A stretch of DNA of 63,969 nt, counting the filler, from Planctomycetota bacterium (GTDB taxonomy: Bacteria; Planctomycetota; Planctomycetia; JALXBF01): NCBI GenBank assembly GCA_026991575.1. It is 3 parts of 3 records of this genome, joined end to end, with 100 filler letters (N's around TTAATTAATTAA, not from the genome) between each part and the next. Parts side by side here need not be neighbours in the genome. Positions count along the whole stretch, not along the records: positions 1 to 21,750 come from JALXBF010000060.1; positions 21,851 to 43,266 come from JALXBF010000063.1; 1 more part is not named here. One strand, given 5' to 3'. The notes beneath the pieces are model-generated. The model was not told the DNA's origin. It saw nothing but the letters and a program-made list of their open reading frames with translations, and ran no database searches. Shown here piece after piece: positions 19,289 to 28,808 of this stretch (the stretch's first letter is position 1; the number at the start of each line of letters is the position of its first letter). A program made the translations under genes and the position numbers.

Positions 19289-19861
19289 TCAGCACGAGTC
19301 GCCTCGGCCGAGCGCGGCAAGAAAGGCTCGCATGAACGGCGCGTTATCGTGCCAGGTGCGGGCCGTTATGAGGTTATCGGACACGACCACCGGCTCATCC
19401 ACGTACTCGGCCCCACAGACCTCCGCATCGAACCGGCACTTCGCGACAGTGGTCACTTTCCGGCCACGGATGATACCCGCCGCTGCAACGATCTCGATTC
19501 CGTGGCAGATGGCTGCGATCGGCTTGCCAGCGGCGAACAGTGCCCGGACCGCCTCGAGGAGCTCCGGATAGTAGCGCAGGTACTCCGGTGCACGCCCACC
19601 GGTGATGACCATGCCAGCATACTCCTCAGGCACGATGTCTCGGAACGCGATCTCAGCCTGAATGTGGTAGCCCGGTCGCTCTTCGGTGATGTCCCAATCC
19701 GGTGGCCGTTCGTGGATGACCATGTGGTACTGCCGACCCTCCGGTCCTGCAACCACGACCTCGAAACCGGCTTCCTGCAGCCGGAAGTACGGGTACATGG
19801 TGTCGAGCACTTCGGCCCCATCACCGACGATCAACAGCACCTTCTGGGCCATGGGAACCAC
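19289..19861 (-). CDS. DJ-1/PfpI family protein
   Basis: GGRAPEYLR, AAICHG, VVSDNLITARTWHD. Confidence 0.92.
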   Translation of the reverse strand: MVPMAQKVLLIVGDGAEVLDTMYPYFRLQEAGFEVVVAGPEGRQYHMVIHERPPDWDITEERPGYHIQAEIAFRDIVPEEYAGMVITGGRAPEYLRYYPELLEAVRALFAAGKPIAAICHGIEIVAAAGIIRGRKVTTVAKCRFDAEVCGAEYVDEPVVVSDNLITARTWHDNAPFMRAFLAALGRGDSC

Positions 19862-19873
19862 CTCCGGAGATCA

Positions 19874-20725
19874 TCAGCCCACTGAACCGGGCGCCTCATC
19901 TGGACAGTAGACCGAGCGACCACCATCGACCGGTACAACCGCCCCGGTAACGAACGGATGCTCGTAGAAGTACACGACCAGGTCAGCCACATCGGCCGGC
20001 GATCCGATCGCCTTCACCAGCGTGCTCCGCCGCACCGTCTCGGCCTCTGCTTGGCCGGTTGCTTCAGGCAGAAGCACGGGGCCGGGCAAGATCGCGTTGA
20101 CCCGGACCTTCGGATTACGCGCGGCCAACTCCACTGCCAGCACCCGCGTGAGCGTGGGAATGGCACCTTTGGCCACGAGGTAGGGGGCATAATCGCGGTA
20201 GGGGCGAGCAATTGCCCAATCGCCGATCAGAACGATGCAGCCGCCTTCGTCCTGGCTCACCATGCGGAGTCCGCAAGCGCGCGCCGGCACATAGCTTGCC
20301 AGCACATTCGTCCGCCAGGCTCGCTCCAACGCCGCACCGTCGGCCCGTTCCAGCGGGACGCTTTCCCACTGGCTTGCGCAAGTGACCACCAGGTCGACCC
20401 GGCCAAACCGTTCACCCACGCGTGCCACCAACTCCTCGCCCGCCTCGGCCACGGTTAGATCCGCTCCGATCGGAGCCACCTCCACGCCGTACCGGCTCCG
20501 CAGCTGTTCTGCTAGCTCGCCAGCCGCCTGCCGCGACCGGAAGTAGTGCAGAGCTATTGTGAAACCGCGGGCTGCCAGGCACTCCGCCACAGCTCGGCCC
20601 ACGCGACGAGCCGCGCCGGTTACGAGAGCTACGGGTCGCACGATCGATCGGTCCGCTGCGTCCACCGCTACTGCCCCACGCTTCGACCAGGACGGTGCGT
20701 CCTGCTCGTTCTCACCGTGACGCAC
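19874..20725 (-). CDS. SDR oxidoreductase, pteridine reductase/FolM-like
   Basis: ALVTGAARRVG, LHYFRS, IGDWA...YLVAKG, VNAILPG, VDGG. Confidence 0.85.
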   Translation of the reverse strand: MRHGENEQDAPSWSKRGAVAVDAADRSIVRPVALVTGAARRVGRAVAECLAARGFTIALHYFRSRQAAGELAEQLRSRYGVEVAPIGADLTVAEAGEELVARVGERFGRVDLVVTCASQWESVPLERADGAALERAWRTNVLASYVPARACGLRMVSQDEGGCIVLIGDWAIARPYRDYAPYLVAKGAIPTLTRVLAVELAARNPKVRVNAILPGPVLLPEATGQAEAETVRRSTLVKAIGSPADVADLVVYFYEHPFVTGAVVPVDGGRSVYCPDEAPGSVG

Positions 20726-20731
20726 CGCTGC

Positions 20732-21742
20732 TTAATGAGTTCGGAACGAGTGCCAGCAAACGTCAGGATATACCTGGCCGAAGGTAAACATTCGGCCACT
20801 GCGGTTGTAAAACGTAACTTGGGCGGGACTGAAGATCATCGGATCGATGTCGTAGAAGTTGCCGCCAGCCTTGTCAAAGAGCTCTCGGAACAGGAGTCCG
20901 AAATCGCTCGATGAACACGACGGCACGTCCGGGCCCCGTTCCTCAAGAAGGTCGTCCGGATAGTCGGTCCAGAGCGTAACCTGAGCACCGTAAAGGATCG
21001 CATCGTTGGTGCGGCCAATGGCTTCCAGGTCATCGGCGCCCGGCGGCGGAATCGGCGCCACACCGCTCGCGCTACGCACCCCGTGCAAATCGAACCCCAG
21101 TTCGTACATCTTGTGCAAACAGGTCTCAACCGATCGAGCCACGACCTGGACCGTACCTGCCATGCTTGCCGTCCGGGCAACCAGCAGGACCAGTTGCCGC
21201 GGAGGCACGCCTGATTCGTCGGCGATGTATCGGATGACTTGCTCGGGGGGGAGCTTTCCGGCCTCCAAGACGCCCACGGCCCGTTCTGCCCGGTCACGCA
21301 GCGTCAACTTCGCAAGGAGCTCCTCCTTTTGAGCCAACAGCCGCATCGGGCCTGATCCCATTGCGAAGTAGTCGTCACGTTCAATTTGCCAGCCCGCGTA
21401 CTGGCAGCCCATACAGGCCAGCACCGGCCAATCGCTGTCTACCTGCACGTGCGGGACGGAGGCGTCGCCCAGGGGCAGACGCACCAGCCTGACAGTGGCC
21501 AGGTCTCCGAGGCAGACGCGGGCAAGCAGCAGCCCGGCCTCGAGTCCCCCGTGAGCTTGCACGCCACAGTCCACGACAATCGTGCCATCGGCACCGCTCT
21601 GCTCGGCCACGCGCAACTGAGCTGCTCGTGCCAGCATCCGCTGCACCAGCTGGTAGGCACGCTCATTCGGTGAGCCGACTGCCGCGGCGTTCGATTCTGC
21701 CTGGTTCACGGAATCCACCACCTCGCTATGTTCACCGTTCAC
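20732..21742 (-). CDS. mch: Methenyltetrahydromethanopterin cyclohydrolase
   Basis: GGLEAG, CQYAGW, FAMGSGPMR, AGTVQVVARSVETCLHK, GRTNDAILYG, FYDIDPMIFSPA. Confidence 0.95.
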   Translation of the reverse strand: MNGEHSEVVDSVNQAESNAAAVGSPNERAYQLVQRMLARAAQLRVAEQSGADGTIVVDCGVQAHGGLEAGLLLARVCLGDLATVRLVRLPLGDASVPHVQVDSDWPVLACMGCQYAGWQIERDDYFAMGSGPMRLLAQKEELLAKLTLRDRAERAVGVLEAGKLPPEQVIRYIADESGVPPRQLVLLVARTASMAGTVQVVARSVETCLHKMYELGFDLHGVRSASGVAPIPPPGADDLEAIGRTNDAILYGAQVTLWTDYPDDLLEERGPDVPSCSSSDFGLLFRELFDKAGGNFYDIDPMIFSPAQVTFYNRSGRMFTFGQVYPDVCWHSFRTH

Positions 21743-21750
21743 GGAGCCAG

Positions 21751-21850
21751 NNNNNNNNNNNNNNNNNNNNNNNNNNNNNNNNNNNNNNNNNNNNTTAATT
21801 AATTAANNNNNNNNNNNNNNNNNNNNNNNNNNNNNNNNNNNNNNNNNNNN
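21751..21850. other. Artificial contig linker/assembly gap
   Basis: N44-TTAATTAATTAA-N44 (stops in all six frames). Confidence 0.98.
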
Positions 21851-22769
21851 GGCGCGCTGCGAGCAGGACGGTGAGAAGTCCGAGGGCGGACAGGGCTGCC
21901 CATAGCCACAGGTGGCTTCCGCCCGACGGACGGGGTGCGGGAATGCCGAACGCCTCTGGTCGAAACAAATCCATGGGCGGCGGGGTCGGATCGAAGGAGA
22001 TTAGCCGAGCCTCAAGTCCGACGATGTCGTAGTGGGGCAGATACACCTTTGCCCATTCGACGATCGGGACTCCGTCAACCTCGCGGCCGTAGCGCAGGTC
22101 GCAGGCCCTGGCCTCCTTGCGGTACTCGCCGATCCACCAGGTCCACCCCTGAAGCGTCCAGTGACGCTCAGGATCGAACCGGAGCACCAGGTGCATCGGG
22201 TCATCCGTGCGAGGGACGGAGCGTGTGAGATGTACGAGGTATACCGAACCGCTCTCGTCCTGGCGGTGCCGCTCAGATTCCAGTTTCCACTGCTCCGAGG
22301 AAAGGATCTGCACGAGCGGCTGCCCTTGGAAGCTCAGTGCCATAAACGGAAGCAGGCCCCCGTCTTCCGCGACGAAGCCATAAGGTGAGCTGTTGTACCA
22401 GGCCCACACGTCGGACCACTCCCCTCTGCTCGACGTCCACCAACGGAGATAGTACGCCGCACCCTGCTCGACTCGCTTTATGCGGAACATGCCCGCAGGA
22501 GTGTAAATGAAGGCGCCCGTAACTCGTACCGTCGAGCTGTCTTCTTCGAGGCCATCAAGCCGAACCGCCGGCCAGCGGATGTAGAGACGCCTCCTTCCTG
22601 TTCTGCCCTCTCGGTCAGTCACGGAGTAGATCCACGTGCCACTGCCGTAGGCCTGCACGAGCCCGCGCCACGCCGAAGGGTACGTGTCCCTAATTGAGGC
22701 CATCTCGTGGATTGGGGCCTGTGCGCAGGCCGCCGTAAGAGAGGCGAGTGTCACGAGAAACGTGCCCAT
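21851..22769 (-). CDS. Family-A partner protein (signal peptide, C-terminal TM anchor), 3'-truncated by gap
   Basis: Paralog of 23238 and 24681 ORFs; G.GTW, RWPAVR.D, PPPMDLFRPEAFGIP, LWLWAALSALGLLTVLLAAR. Confidence 0.85.
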
Positions 22770-22816
22770 GGTCTTGTTACCCCCGTGCTAGCGACCGTCT
22801 AGGAGCCGAGTAGATC

Positions 22817-23101
22817 CTAAGGCATTGACATATCTATCTTGCAGACGCAGTCTGTTGTGCCGGGCGAAGAAGTGAAGTCGTGGCATCTGCATTCGGGATC
22901 GTTCCGGTCACACTGGTGTTTCCACACCCTTGGATCGCACTGGTTCGGCGAGATCGTGAAGCAGCGCAGGGCAGTAGGCCTGCACTGGTTCGGGGGCGGG
23001 GGCGACGGCTTGGCCTGAACGAGTCCTGTTACGACCGATGCAGCCAACTGCCCGACGAACAACCCCGAAGCGGCTGCGAGGACATGGCGTCTCGAGAGCA
23101 T
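22817..23101 (-). CDS. Exported 8-Cys peptide A3 with twin-arginine-like signal, 94 aa
   Basis: MLSRRHVL...VQA then KPSPPPPNQC-x6-C-x7-C-x8-C-x6-CxC-x11-CxC; GAGGAGG RBS; three paralogs. Confidence 0.85.
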   Translation of the reverse strand: MLSRRHVLAAASGLFVGQLAASVVTGLVQAKPSPPPPNQCRPTALRCFTISPNQCDPRVWKHQCDRNDPECRCHDFTSSPGTTDCVCKIDMSMP

Positions 23102-23237
23102 CGCAGCAACCTCCTCTCGCATTGCCGTCGGATAACACGTTGCCGCTAAAGGCGCGGCAAGGTCGTCACAAGGTGCTCAGCTCGATAGCCCATTGCCGTG
23201 TCCGCCGCGCCCGTAATGGCCCGCGTTGTAACTCAGC

Positions 23238-24224
23238 TCACCCTGGCGGTGAGCTCACGTCCCGTTCCGCCGCAGCGTGGCCTCTTTGCCTGCCGGCGAG
23301 CAGGCGCGCTGCGAGCAGGACGGTCAGAAGTCCGAGGGCGGACAGTGCTGCCCATAGCCACAGGTGGCTTCCGCCCGAGGGACTGGGTGTGGGAATGCCA
23401 AATGCCTCTGGTCGAAACAAATCCATGGGCGGCGGGGTCGGATCGAAGGAGATTAGCCGAGCCTCAAGTCCGACGATGTCGTAGTGGGGCAGATACACCT
23501 TTGCCCATTCGACGATCGGGACGCCGTCAACCTCGCGGCCGTAGCGCAGGTCGCAGGCTCTGGCCTCCTTGCGGTACTCACCGATCCACCAGATCCACCC
23601 CTGAAGCGTCCAGTGACGCTCGGGATCGAACCGTAACAGGAGGTGGAACGGCTCGCTAATGCCTGGCACCTGGTGCTCTAGTCGTACGGTGTATTCCGTC
23701 CTGTCGTCGTTCTGCTGGTACTTCTCCGCTCTAATGTGCCAGTCTTCCGATGAGAGGATATGAACGAGCGGTCGGCCGTCGAAACTCAGCGCCATAAAGG
23801 GGAGTGATCCGGTGTTCTCGGCGATGAAGGGACAGCGCCGAGAACTGTTGTACCGCGTCCACGGATCCGCGTTGTCCTCTTTGTCGTTCGTCCACCACGC
23901 CAGATAGTACGTGCCCGCGCGCTTGACACGTTCCAGGACGAACCTCCCGGAAGGCGTATAAATCCTCGAGCGTTCGGCAACTGCAGTACCGTCGCTGGCC
24001 GAGAGCCAGTCGATACGAACGGCCGGCCATCGTGTGTAGAGGCGCACGGCTTCCGTTCTGCCACCCCGGTGCGTGACGGAAATTACCCAGGTGCCGTGGC
24101 CGTAGACACGCATCAAGTCCTTCCATACTGTTGGGTATATATCTCTTATCGTGCCTCGATCGCCGTCTGAGTCAGGAAGGTGCGACATGAGTAGGACACA
24201 TAAGACCAAAGGACGCAATTCCAT
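23238..24224 (-). CDS. Family-A partner protein, 328 aa
   Basis: Hydrophobic N-terminus, same motifs, C-terminal TM plus basic tail. Confidence 0.88.
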   Translation of the reverse strand: MELRPLVLCVLLMSHLPDSDGDRGTIRDIYPTVWKDLMRVYGHGTWVISVTHRGGRTEAVRLYTRWPAVRIDWLSASDGTAVAERSRIYTPSGRFVLERVKRAGTYYLAWWTNDKEDNADPWTRYNSSRRCPFIAENTGSLPFMALSFDGRPLVHILSSEDWHIRAEKYQQNDDRTEYTVRLEHQVPGISEPFHLLLRFDPERHWTLQGWIWWIGEYRKEARACDLRYGREVDGVPIVEWAKVYLPHYDIVGLEARLISFDPTPPPMDLFRPEAFGIPTPSPSGGSHLWLWAALSALGLLTVLLAARLLAGRQRGHAAAERDVSSPPG

Positions 24225-24271
24225 GGTCTTTCATCCCCCGTTGGGCTCCATGCGGTGTTATTGTGACCTGA

Positions 24272-24544
24272 TTATGGGATCTCACACACGCAGCCGACAG
24301 TGCCCGGTGAGGATGTCATGTCGTGGCATCCGCATTGGGAGTTGTTCCGGTCGCACTGGTGTTTCCACACCCTTGGATCGCACTGGTTTGGTGAGATGGT
24401 GAAGCACTGGAGGGCGGTGGGCCTGCACTGGTTCGGGGGCGGGGGCGACGGCTTGGCCTGAACGAGTCCTGTTACGACCGATGCAGCCAACTGCCCGATG
24501 AAGAGCCCCGACGCTGCTGCGAGGACATGGCGTCTCGAGAGCAT
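24272..24544 (-). CDS. Exported 8-Cys peptide A2, 90 aa
   Basis: Same signal and Cys spacing; ends CGCHDMTSSPGTVGCVCEIP. Confidence 0.85.
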   Translation of the reverse strand: MLSRRHVLAAASGLFIGQLAASVVTGLVQAKPSPPPPNQCRPTALQCFTISPNQCDPRVWKHQCDRNNSQCGCHDMTSSPGTVGCVCEIP

Positions 24545-24680
24545 CGCAGCAACCTCCTCTCGCATTGCCGTCGGATAACGCGTTGCCGCTAGACATGCGG
24601 CAAGGTCTTCACGAGATTCTCAGCCCAATAGCCCGTTGCCGTGTCTGCCACGCCCGTAATGGCCCGCATTGTAACTCAGC

Positions 24681-25667
24681 TTACCCTGGTGGTGAGGCGA
24701 CGTCTCGCTTCGCCGCAGCGCGGCCTCTTTGCCTGCCGGCGAGCAGGCGCGCTGCGAGCAGGACGGTGAGAAGTCCGAGGGCGGACAGGGCTGCCCATAG
24801 CCACAGGTGGCTTCCGCCCGACGGACGGGGTGCGGGAATGCCGAACGCCTCTGGTCGAAACAAATCCATGGGTGGCGGAGTCGGGTCAAACGAGATTAGC
24901 CTGGCCTCAAGTCCGACGATGTCGTAGTGCGGCAGATACACCTTTGCCCATTCGACGATGGGGACGCCGTCAACCTCGCGGCCGTAGCGCAGGTCGCAGG
25001 CCCTGGCCTCCTTGCGGTACTCACCGATCCACCAGGTCCACCCCTGAAGCGTCCAGTGACGCTCGGGATCGAACCGGAGCACCAGGTGCATCGGGTCATC
25101 CGTGCGAGGGACGGAGCGTGTGAGATGTACGAGGTATACCGAACCGCTCTCGTCCTGGCGGGGCCGCTCAGATTCCAGTTTCCACTGCTCAGAGGAAAGG
25201 AGCTGCACGAGCGGCTGCCCCTGAAAGCTCAGTGCCATAAACGGAAGCAGGCCCCCGTCTTCCGCGACGAAGCCATAAGGTGAGCCGTTGTACCAGGCCC
25301 ACACGTCAGACCTCTCGCCTCCGCTCGACGTCCACCAGCGGAGATAGTACGTATCGCGCCTGCCGACATGCCTTACGTCGTAAATTGCCGCAGGCGTGTA
25401 GATCAATGCGCCTGACACGGTTTCGCTCGCTCCCTCGGATGTGAGTCCGTCAATTCGAACTGCCGGCCAGCGCGCATAGATCCGCGACTTGTCCGTTCTC
25501 CCCTCTCGGTCGGTCACTGAGAATACCCAGGTGCCGTTGCCGTACACGCGCAACAGATCGCCCCACACCGAGGTATAGATCCCCCTTATTGAGCTGCTCG
25601 ACTCGGCCGGGGTGGGGTCGGTGGTGAGCACTGCAGGTAAGATGCACAGAACCTCAAAGCTCGGCAT
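24681..25667 (-). CDS. Family-A partner protein, 328 aa
   Basis: Start reassigned to MPSFEVLC (ATG 25667, GAGG RBS); C-terminal ~200 aa nearly identical to the 21851-22769 copy. Confidence 0.88.
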   Translation of the reverse strand: MPSFEVLCILPAVLTTDPTPAESSSSIRGIYTSVWGDLLRVYGNGTWVFSVTDREGRTDKSRIYARWPAVRIDGLTSEGASETVSGALIYTPAAIYDVRHVGRRDTYYLRWWTSSGGERSDVWAWYNGSPYGFVAEDGGLLPFMALSFQGQPLVQLLSSEQWKLESERPRQDESGSVYLVHLTRSVPRTDDPMHLVLRFDPERHWTLQGWTWWIGEYRKEARACDLRYGREVDGVPIVEWAKVYLPHYDIVGLEARLISFDPTPPPMDLFRPEAFGIPAPRPSGGSHLWLWAALSALGLLTVLLAARLLAGRQRGRAAAKRDVASPPG

Positions 25668-25714
25668 TGTGACCTCGCCCTCCGCGATGTTCGGGGAGCG
25701 CCCGCTGCGGCCGC

Positions 25715-26002
25715 CTATGGCCGTGGCCTGGGCCCGTGTTTGCAAACACACCCTGTGGTCCCCGGTGACGACGTGAAGTCGTGGCAAGCACACTGGGGAT
25801 CGTTCCGGTCGCACTGGTGTTTCCACACCCTTGGATCGCACTGGTTTGGTGAGATGGTGAAGCACTGGAGGGCAGTGGGCCTGCATTGGTTCGGGGGCGG
25901 AGGCGACGGCTTGGCCTGGACCAGGCCATTCGTGACCGTCGCAGCCAACTGCCCGATGAAGAGCCCCGATGCTGCTGCGAGGACATGGCGTCTCTGGAGC
26001 AT
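25715..26002 (-). CDS. Exported 8-Cys peptide A1, 95 aa
   Basis: MLQRRHVL signal; same Cys spacing; ends CVCKHGPRPRP. Confidence 0.85.
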   Translation of the reverse strand: MLQRRHVLAAASGLFIGQLAATVTNGLVQAKPSPPPPNQCRPTALQCFTISPNQCDPRVWKHQCDRNDPQCACHDFTSSPGTTGCVCKHGPRPRP

Positions 26003-26424
26003 CGCAGCAACCTCCTCTCACAGCGCTACCGGACAACGCGCTCCCGCTCGGCGCGTCTTCGGATCGTGAGAAGTTTTTCAGTTCCAATGGGCCGTTTGGA
26101 CCATCTTTCCACGCGCGGCGAGCGCCGCCGGACGCCTTGCCACAATGCCTCGGGCCGGGGCCAGGCGCGGCAGGGGCGCAACCGCTGATCCATGCCTGCC
26201 GCACCACGGGACCAGTGCCGGTCGGCTTCCCCATAGACCAGTTCCCAGCGGGTGGCCGCAACGTGCTGCCGGGCGGCTTACTGGAGCCGGTGGCGCGCCA
26301 CGCAAGGCGGCGATCCGTCCGTAACCTACCACCATCGACAGGGGCCTGCGCCGCCCTGGATAGCCGCGACCAAGCACCGGGTCCGAAGCTCTCATCTGCT
26401 CCTCCTGCTGTCTTTGGTCCCTCG

Positions 26425-27372
26425 CTAGCTCGGGCCGTCAACGTCCGGGCCCACGCTGCCACGCAAGAGCATTCGCGCTAGCAGCAGGACGGTCAGGAGG
26501 CCCAGTGCGCACAGGACCGCCCAGAGCCACAGGCGCGTGGCCGGCGCTGACTGGCGAGGAGGAGGGATCCCGAACACCTCGGGTCGGAAAACATCTAAGG
26601 ATGGCTGACGCGCATCGTATGAGACCAATTCAGATGTCCATACGACCGAGCCGTCGCGGGCGCGCCGCCACTCGGCCCGCTCTACCAGTGGAACCCCTTT
26701 TGCAGGCGTACGGTACCAGAGTTCTATTACATCCCCCGACGAGGGGACGGAAACCAGGGAGGCGACATGCATCCGTCGCAAGACCCAGCACGGGCCCCTT
26801 TCGAACCAGAATCTGTTGCGGAGCACCCTGCTCCTACTCTTTTGCTCCTGTTCCAGGAGCAGCAATCGGCTTTCTTCCGACGAAACCCACTGCTCACGGA
26901 CGATTCGGACGTCGGAACGCTGACAGAGTTGCTCAGTCAAGGGGGTTCCGAACCAGCCGAGGGGGACGAAGGGCAGCCATCCGCGGTTGACCGCCGACAT
27001 CCAGAAGCGATCTCTATCGGGCAGTGTACCCGCGCGGTAGTACTCCAGGAGATATTGACCGGAGCCTTCGAGCCGCTTAACCCGGAAACTGGCCGTGCGC
27101 GAGAAAACGTACGCGGCCTCGACTTCGTCGTGCCGGCCAAGGAAGTCGACCCGTACGTCAGGCCAACGGGCCAGAACACGGATTCGCCTGCGTGTGGGCG
27201 TGCTTTCCGATGAGCCCTCGTGGTATGCATTGGAGAATACCCACGTGCCCTGACCGTAGACCCGGATCAGGGTACTCCACGAATACTGGTATTCGCGGCA
27301 GAAGCCGGCCTTCGGTGCTACGACCTCCTCTACCGGCGAGCACGCGATGAGCAGGAGGATGGCGATCACCAT
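26425..27372 (-). CDS. Divergent family-A partner protein, 315 aa; possible lipobox
   Basis: YGQGTWVFS, ARWPDVRVD, PSLDVFRPEVFGIP, RLWLWAVLCALGLLTVLLLAR; N-terminus MVIAILLLIAC. Confidence 0.85.
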   Translation of the reverse strand: MVIAILLLIACSPVEEVVAPKAGFCREYQYSWSTLIRVYGQGTWVFSNAYHEGSSESTPTRRRIRVLARWPDVRVDFLGRHDEVEAAYVFSRTASFRVKRLEGSGQYLLEYYRAGTLPDRDRFWMSAVNRGWLPFVPLGWFGTPLTEQLCQRSDVRIVREQWVSSEESRLLLLEQEQKSRSRVLRNRFWFERGPCWVLRRMHVASLVSVPSSGDVIELWYRTPAKGVPLVERAEWRRARDGSVVWTSELVSYDARQPSLDVFRPEVFGIPPPRQSAPATRLWLWAVLCALGLLTVLLLARMLLRGSVGPDVDGPS

Positions 27373-27431
27373 GACGGAGACTGTCCATCAGCGGCTCGGT
27401 TCATCAGCTCAGGCCCACACAGTCGGCATCA

Positions 27432-27580
27432 TCATGGGATGACGCACACGCATTCAAGGTCATGGTTACACTCGCAAACACAGCAGGGAGCTTGTCGTAC
27501 TCGCGGCCGGTTTTACAGGAGCCTTCGCTGCTGATGCACGGGTAACTCTCGACAAACACCCGACCGTAGCCTCGTCCTCG
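27432..27580 (-). pseudogene. Frameshifted remnant of a Cys-rich peptide gene (5' limit approximate)
   Basis: One frame reads YPCISSEGSCKTGREYDK, the next reads PCCVCECNHDLECVCVIP-stop, matching the CxC...CVCEIP end of peptide A2. It lies in the expected peptide slot. Confidence 0.5.
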
Positions 27581-27815
27581 TCAAATCCCTCTTGGCTGGC
27601 CCGCAGGCCACGTGGGCGAACACAGGCGGCTGTGCCCTGGCGTCCGCTTTGCGACCATGGCCTAGTGCGGTCGGTGCGTGTCGGGGCCGTCCCTTCTGCC
27701 CCTTGCTCCCGTTGGGGCATGCCGGCCGGGGGGCTCTGGAGACCCATCCATGCCCCGATACATCCTGCCTGTGTTTCCCGTCTCCCACACCTCCGCTGGG
27801 AGCCGTGCTACGGTG

Positions 27816-28787
27816 TTAGCCACGCCCCGGGCTGCTTGCATCGTTGGCGTCTCGGGGTGTGTCAACATTCTTGCCGGGTTCGGCACCTCCGAGGAAGCGG
27901 AACAGGAGGAGGACGGTTAACAGGCCCAGCGTGCCCAGGACAGCCCACAACCAGAACCGCGTGAGGGCGACACGCGCGGGCGTTTGGATTCCGAAAGCCT
28001 CGGGCCGGAACGCTTCCTCGGGCGGCGGCCTCAGCTGCACCTCAAGCACGTGAGCTTCCCACAGGGTGGGGCCACCCGGAACTGCGAACCTGCCGCGCTC
28101 TACTAGGGGTACGCCGACCGGCCCATCACGATATTCCAGCTCGCATACGCCGATGGGCCGGTCATCCGACTCCATGTACAGTCCCCATCGACGCACGATC
28201 CATGCCTTGTCGGGTGTAAACCAGAGCCGCAGGCGTGCTTGCTCCCGCCGGTACGTCGGCACACGAAGTTCAACCACCAGTTGGCGCTCGTCTCCCGCAC
28301 GGACCCACTTCTCGCCGAGCAGCGCGATACCGCCCGGCAGTTTGATCAGATCCACAAAAGCGCCGCCAAACCAACTGAGTGTGGCAAGGGGAAGCCATCC
28401 GCGGTTGCTCGGGATATACCAGAACTCGGAGGGGACGGCGGCCTTTGGCGACCACGATGTCAGGACAAAGATTCCCAGCTCACCCACGCGCCGGACGCGG
28501 AAACGGTGGCGGGGAGACCAGACTGATGCAAAAACTGTTGTTGCGCCGTCGCCGACCTCGTCGATCCTCACCGCAGGCCAGCGGGCCAGCAGGCGTATGG
28601 TCTCCTCCTCGCCAGACCGGCGCCGCACACGAATCGTCCAGATGGCGTTTCCGTACACGTCGACCAATCGCCTCCATGCGAACGAATATTCCTTGCGCCA
28701 GAGAGACTCTTCTCCGCCCGGAGCCTGGGCCCAGCCCAGACCCAGGAGCATCGGAAGGACCGTGAGCTTAGCGGCCTGCTCCGGCAT
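27816..28787 (-). CDS. Divergent family-A partner protein, 323 aa
   Basis: YGNAIW, ARWPAVRID, NRGWLP, PPPEEAFRPEAFGI, FWLWAVLGTLGLLTVLLL. Confidence 0.85.
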   Translation of the reverse strand: MPEQAAKLTVLPMLLGLGWAQAPGGEESLWRKEYSFAWRRLVDVYGNAIWTIRVRRRSGEEETIRLLARWPAVRIDEVGDGATTVFASVWSPRHRFRVRRVGELGIFVLTSWSPKAAVPSEFWYIPSNRGWLPLATLSWFGGAFVDLIKLPGGIALLGEKWVRAGDERQLVVELRVPTYRREQARLRLWFTPDKAWIVRRWGLYMESDDRPIGVCELEYRDGPVGVPLVERGRFAVPGGPTLWEAHVLEVQLRPPPEEAFRPEAFGIQTPARVALTRFWLWAVLGTLGLLTVLLLFRFLGGAEPGKNVDTPRDANDASSPGRG

Positions 28788-28808
28788 GCGGCCAAACTCC
28801 GTGCGATG

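Noticed and set aside
18106..19320. Hydrophobic or Ser/Phe-rich minus-strand ORFs (18106-19320, 18678-19295)
   Set aside because: Antisense readings of the purine-rich Lys/Asp tail of the TadE-like gene.
21795..21806. TTAATTAATTAA palindrome (also 43311-43322)
   Set aside because: Artificial six-frame stop linker within N runs; it also means cross-gap gene neighbourhoods, such as CRISPR with the peptide arrays, are unsupported.
25668..26462. N-terminal 265 aa of the 593-aa ORF 24681-26462
   Set aside because: Overlaps peptide A1 in another frame; paralog alignment and RBS place the start at 25667.
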